Part shown: positions 63,801-64,000 of the stretch, piece after piece
Position numbering within the stretch: position 1 is the stretch's first letter
Layout: every line of letters starts with the position of its first letter
NCBI GenBank assembly: GCA_002633005.1
Contig: NMRA01000263.1
Coordinates: forward strand, 24,692-88,691
Origin: Phoronis australis
Taxonomy: Eukaryota; Animalia; Phoronida
Reading direction: 5' to 3'
DNA length: 64,000 bases
Notes under the pieces: model-generated
What the model was told of the DNA's origin: nothing
The model's database searches: none
The model's input: only the letters and a program-made list of their open reading frames with translations
Translations under genes and position numbers: made by a program

Positions 63801-63943
63801 TCGAAAACCCCAAGTACATACGTCCAGTACTATTGGTGATGACGTCAGACAAGTCAAGGTGTGGGGCGATTACGAAATTAAGTCGATTTCTCGTTGATTC
63901 AAAGTACTTCGACAGTATGGAAGAAGCACTGGTACAGTTTTAG
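60801..63943 (+). CDS. ATP-grasp amide ligase, CARNS1-like, half-size form, copy 3 (461 aa, 4 coding exons)
   Basis: Exons 60801-61109, 61515-61673, 62423-62641, 63245-63943; same exon lengths and phases, canonical GT-AG, intact ORF; motifs FPVVMKPLCGSGSIGC, GVYNVDL, LLEINPRPAG; ccagccATGG start. Confidence 0.88.
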
Positions 63944-64000
63944 TTGAACGATTCCTAAGTAGTTTAGTTTTTTAGTTCTGTAGAAGTAAACATTAAAAAA

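Noticed and set aside
9730-63943. Bacterial contamination or recent horizontal transfer of an L-amino acid ligase
   Set aside because: Genes have conserved spliceosomal introns and CARNS1-type motifs; ancient transfer cannot be excluded without a phylogeny.

Overview
AT-rich animal genomic DNA with spliceosomal GT-AG introns and a transposon repertoire (Tx1/L1, RTEX, CR1/L2, Penelope, Gypsy, Kolobok/THAP, ISL2EU-like, Helentron-type) typical of a marine invertebrate. The only intact host genes are three co-oriented (+ strand) paralogs of an ATP-grasp amide ligase. Each has four coding exons (309/159/219/699 nt, all introns phase 0) and encodes 461 aa. By eye they match only the C-terminal catalytic half of carnosine synthase CARNS1 and share unusual active-site substitutions, so the array is a candidate expanded family of small-peptide ligases with an unknown product. 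Intron and flank homologies indicate copy 1 is a chimera (copy-3-like exons 1-3, copy-2-like last exon and 3' flank). The intergenic DNA is mostly decayed or nested transposons, including a Helentron-type element with about 11 co-oriented CTCF-like motifs. All alignments and counts were done by hand; no database searches were run.
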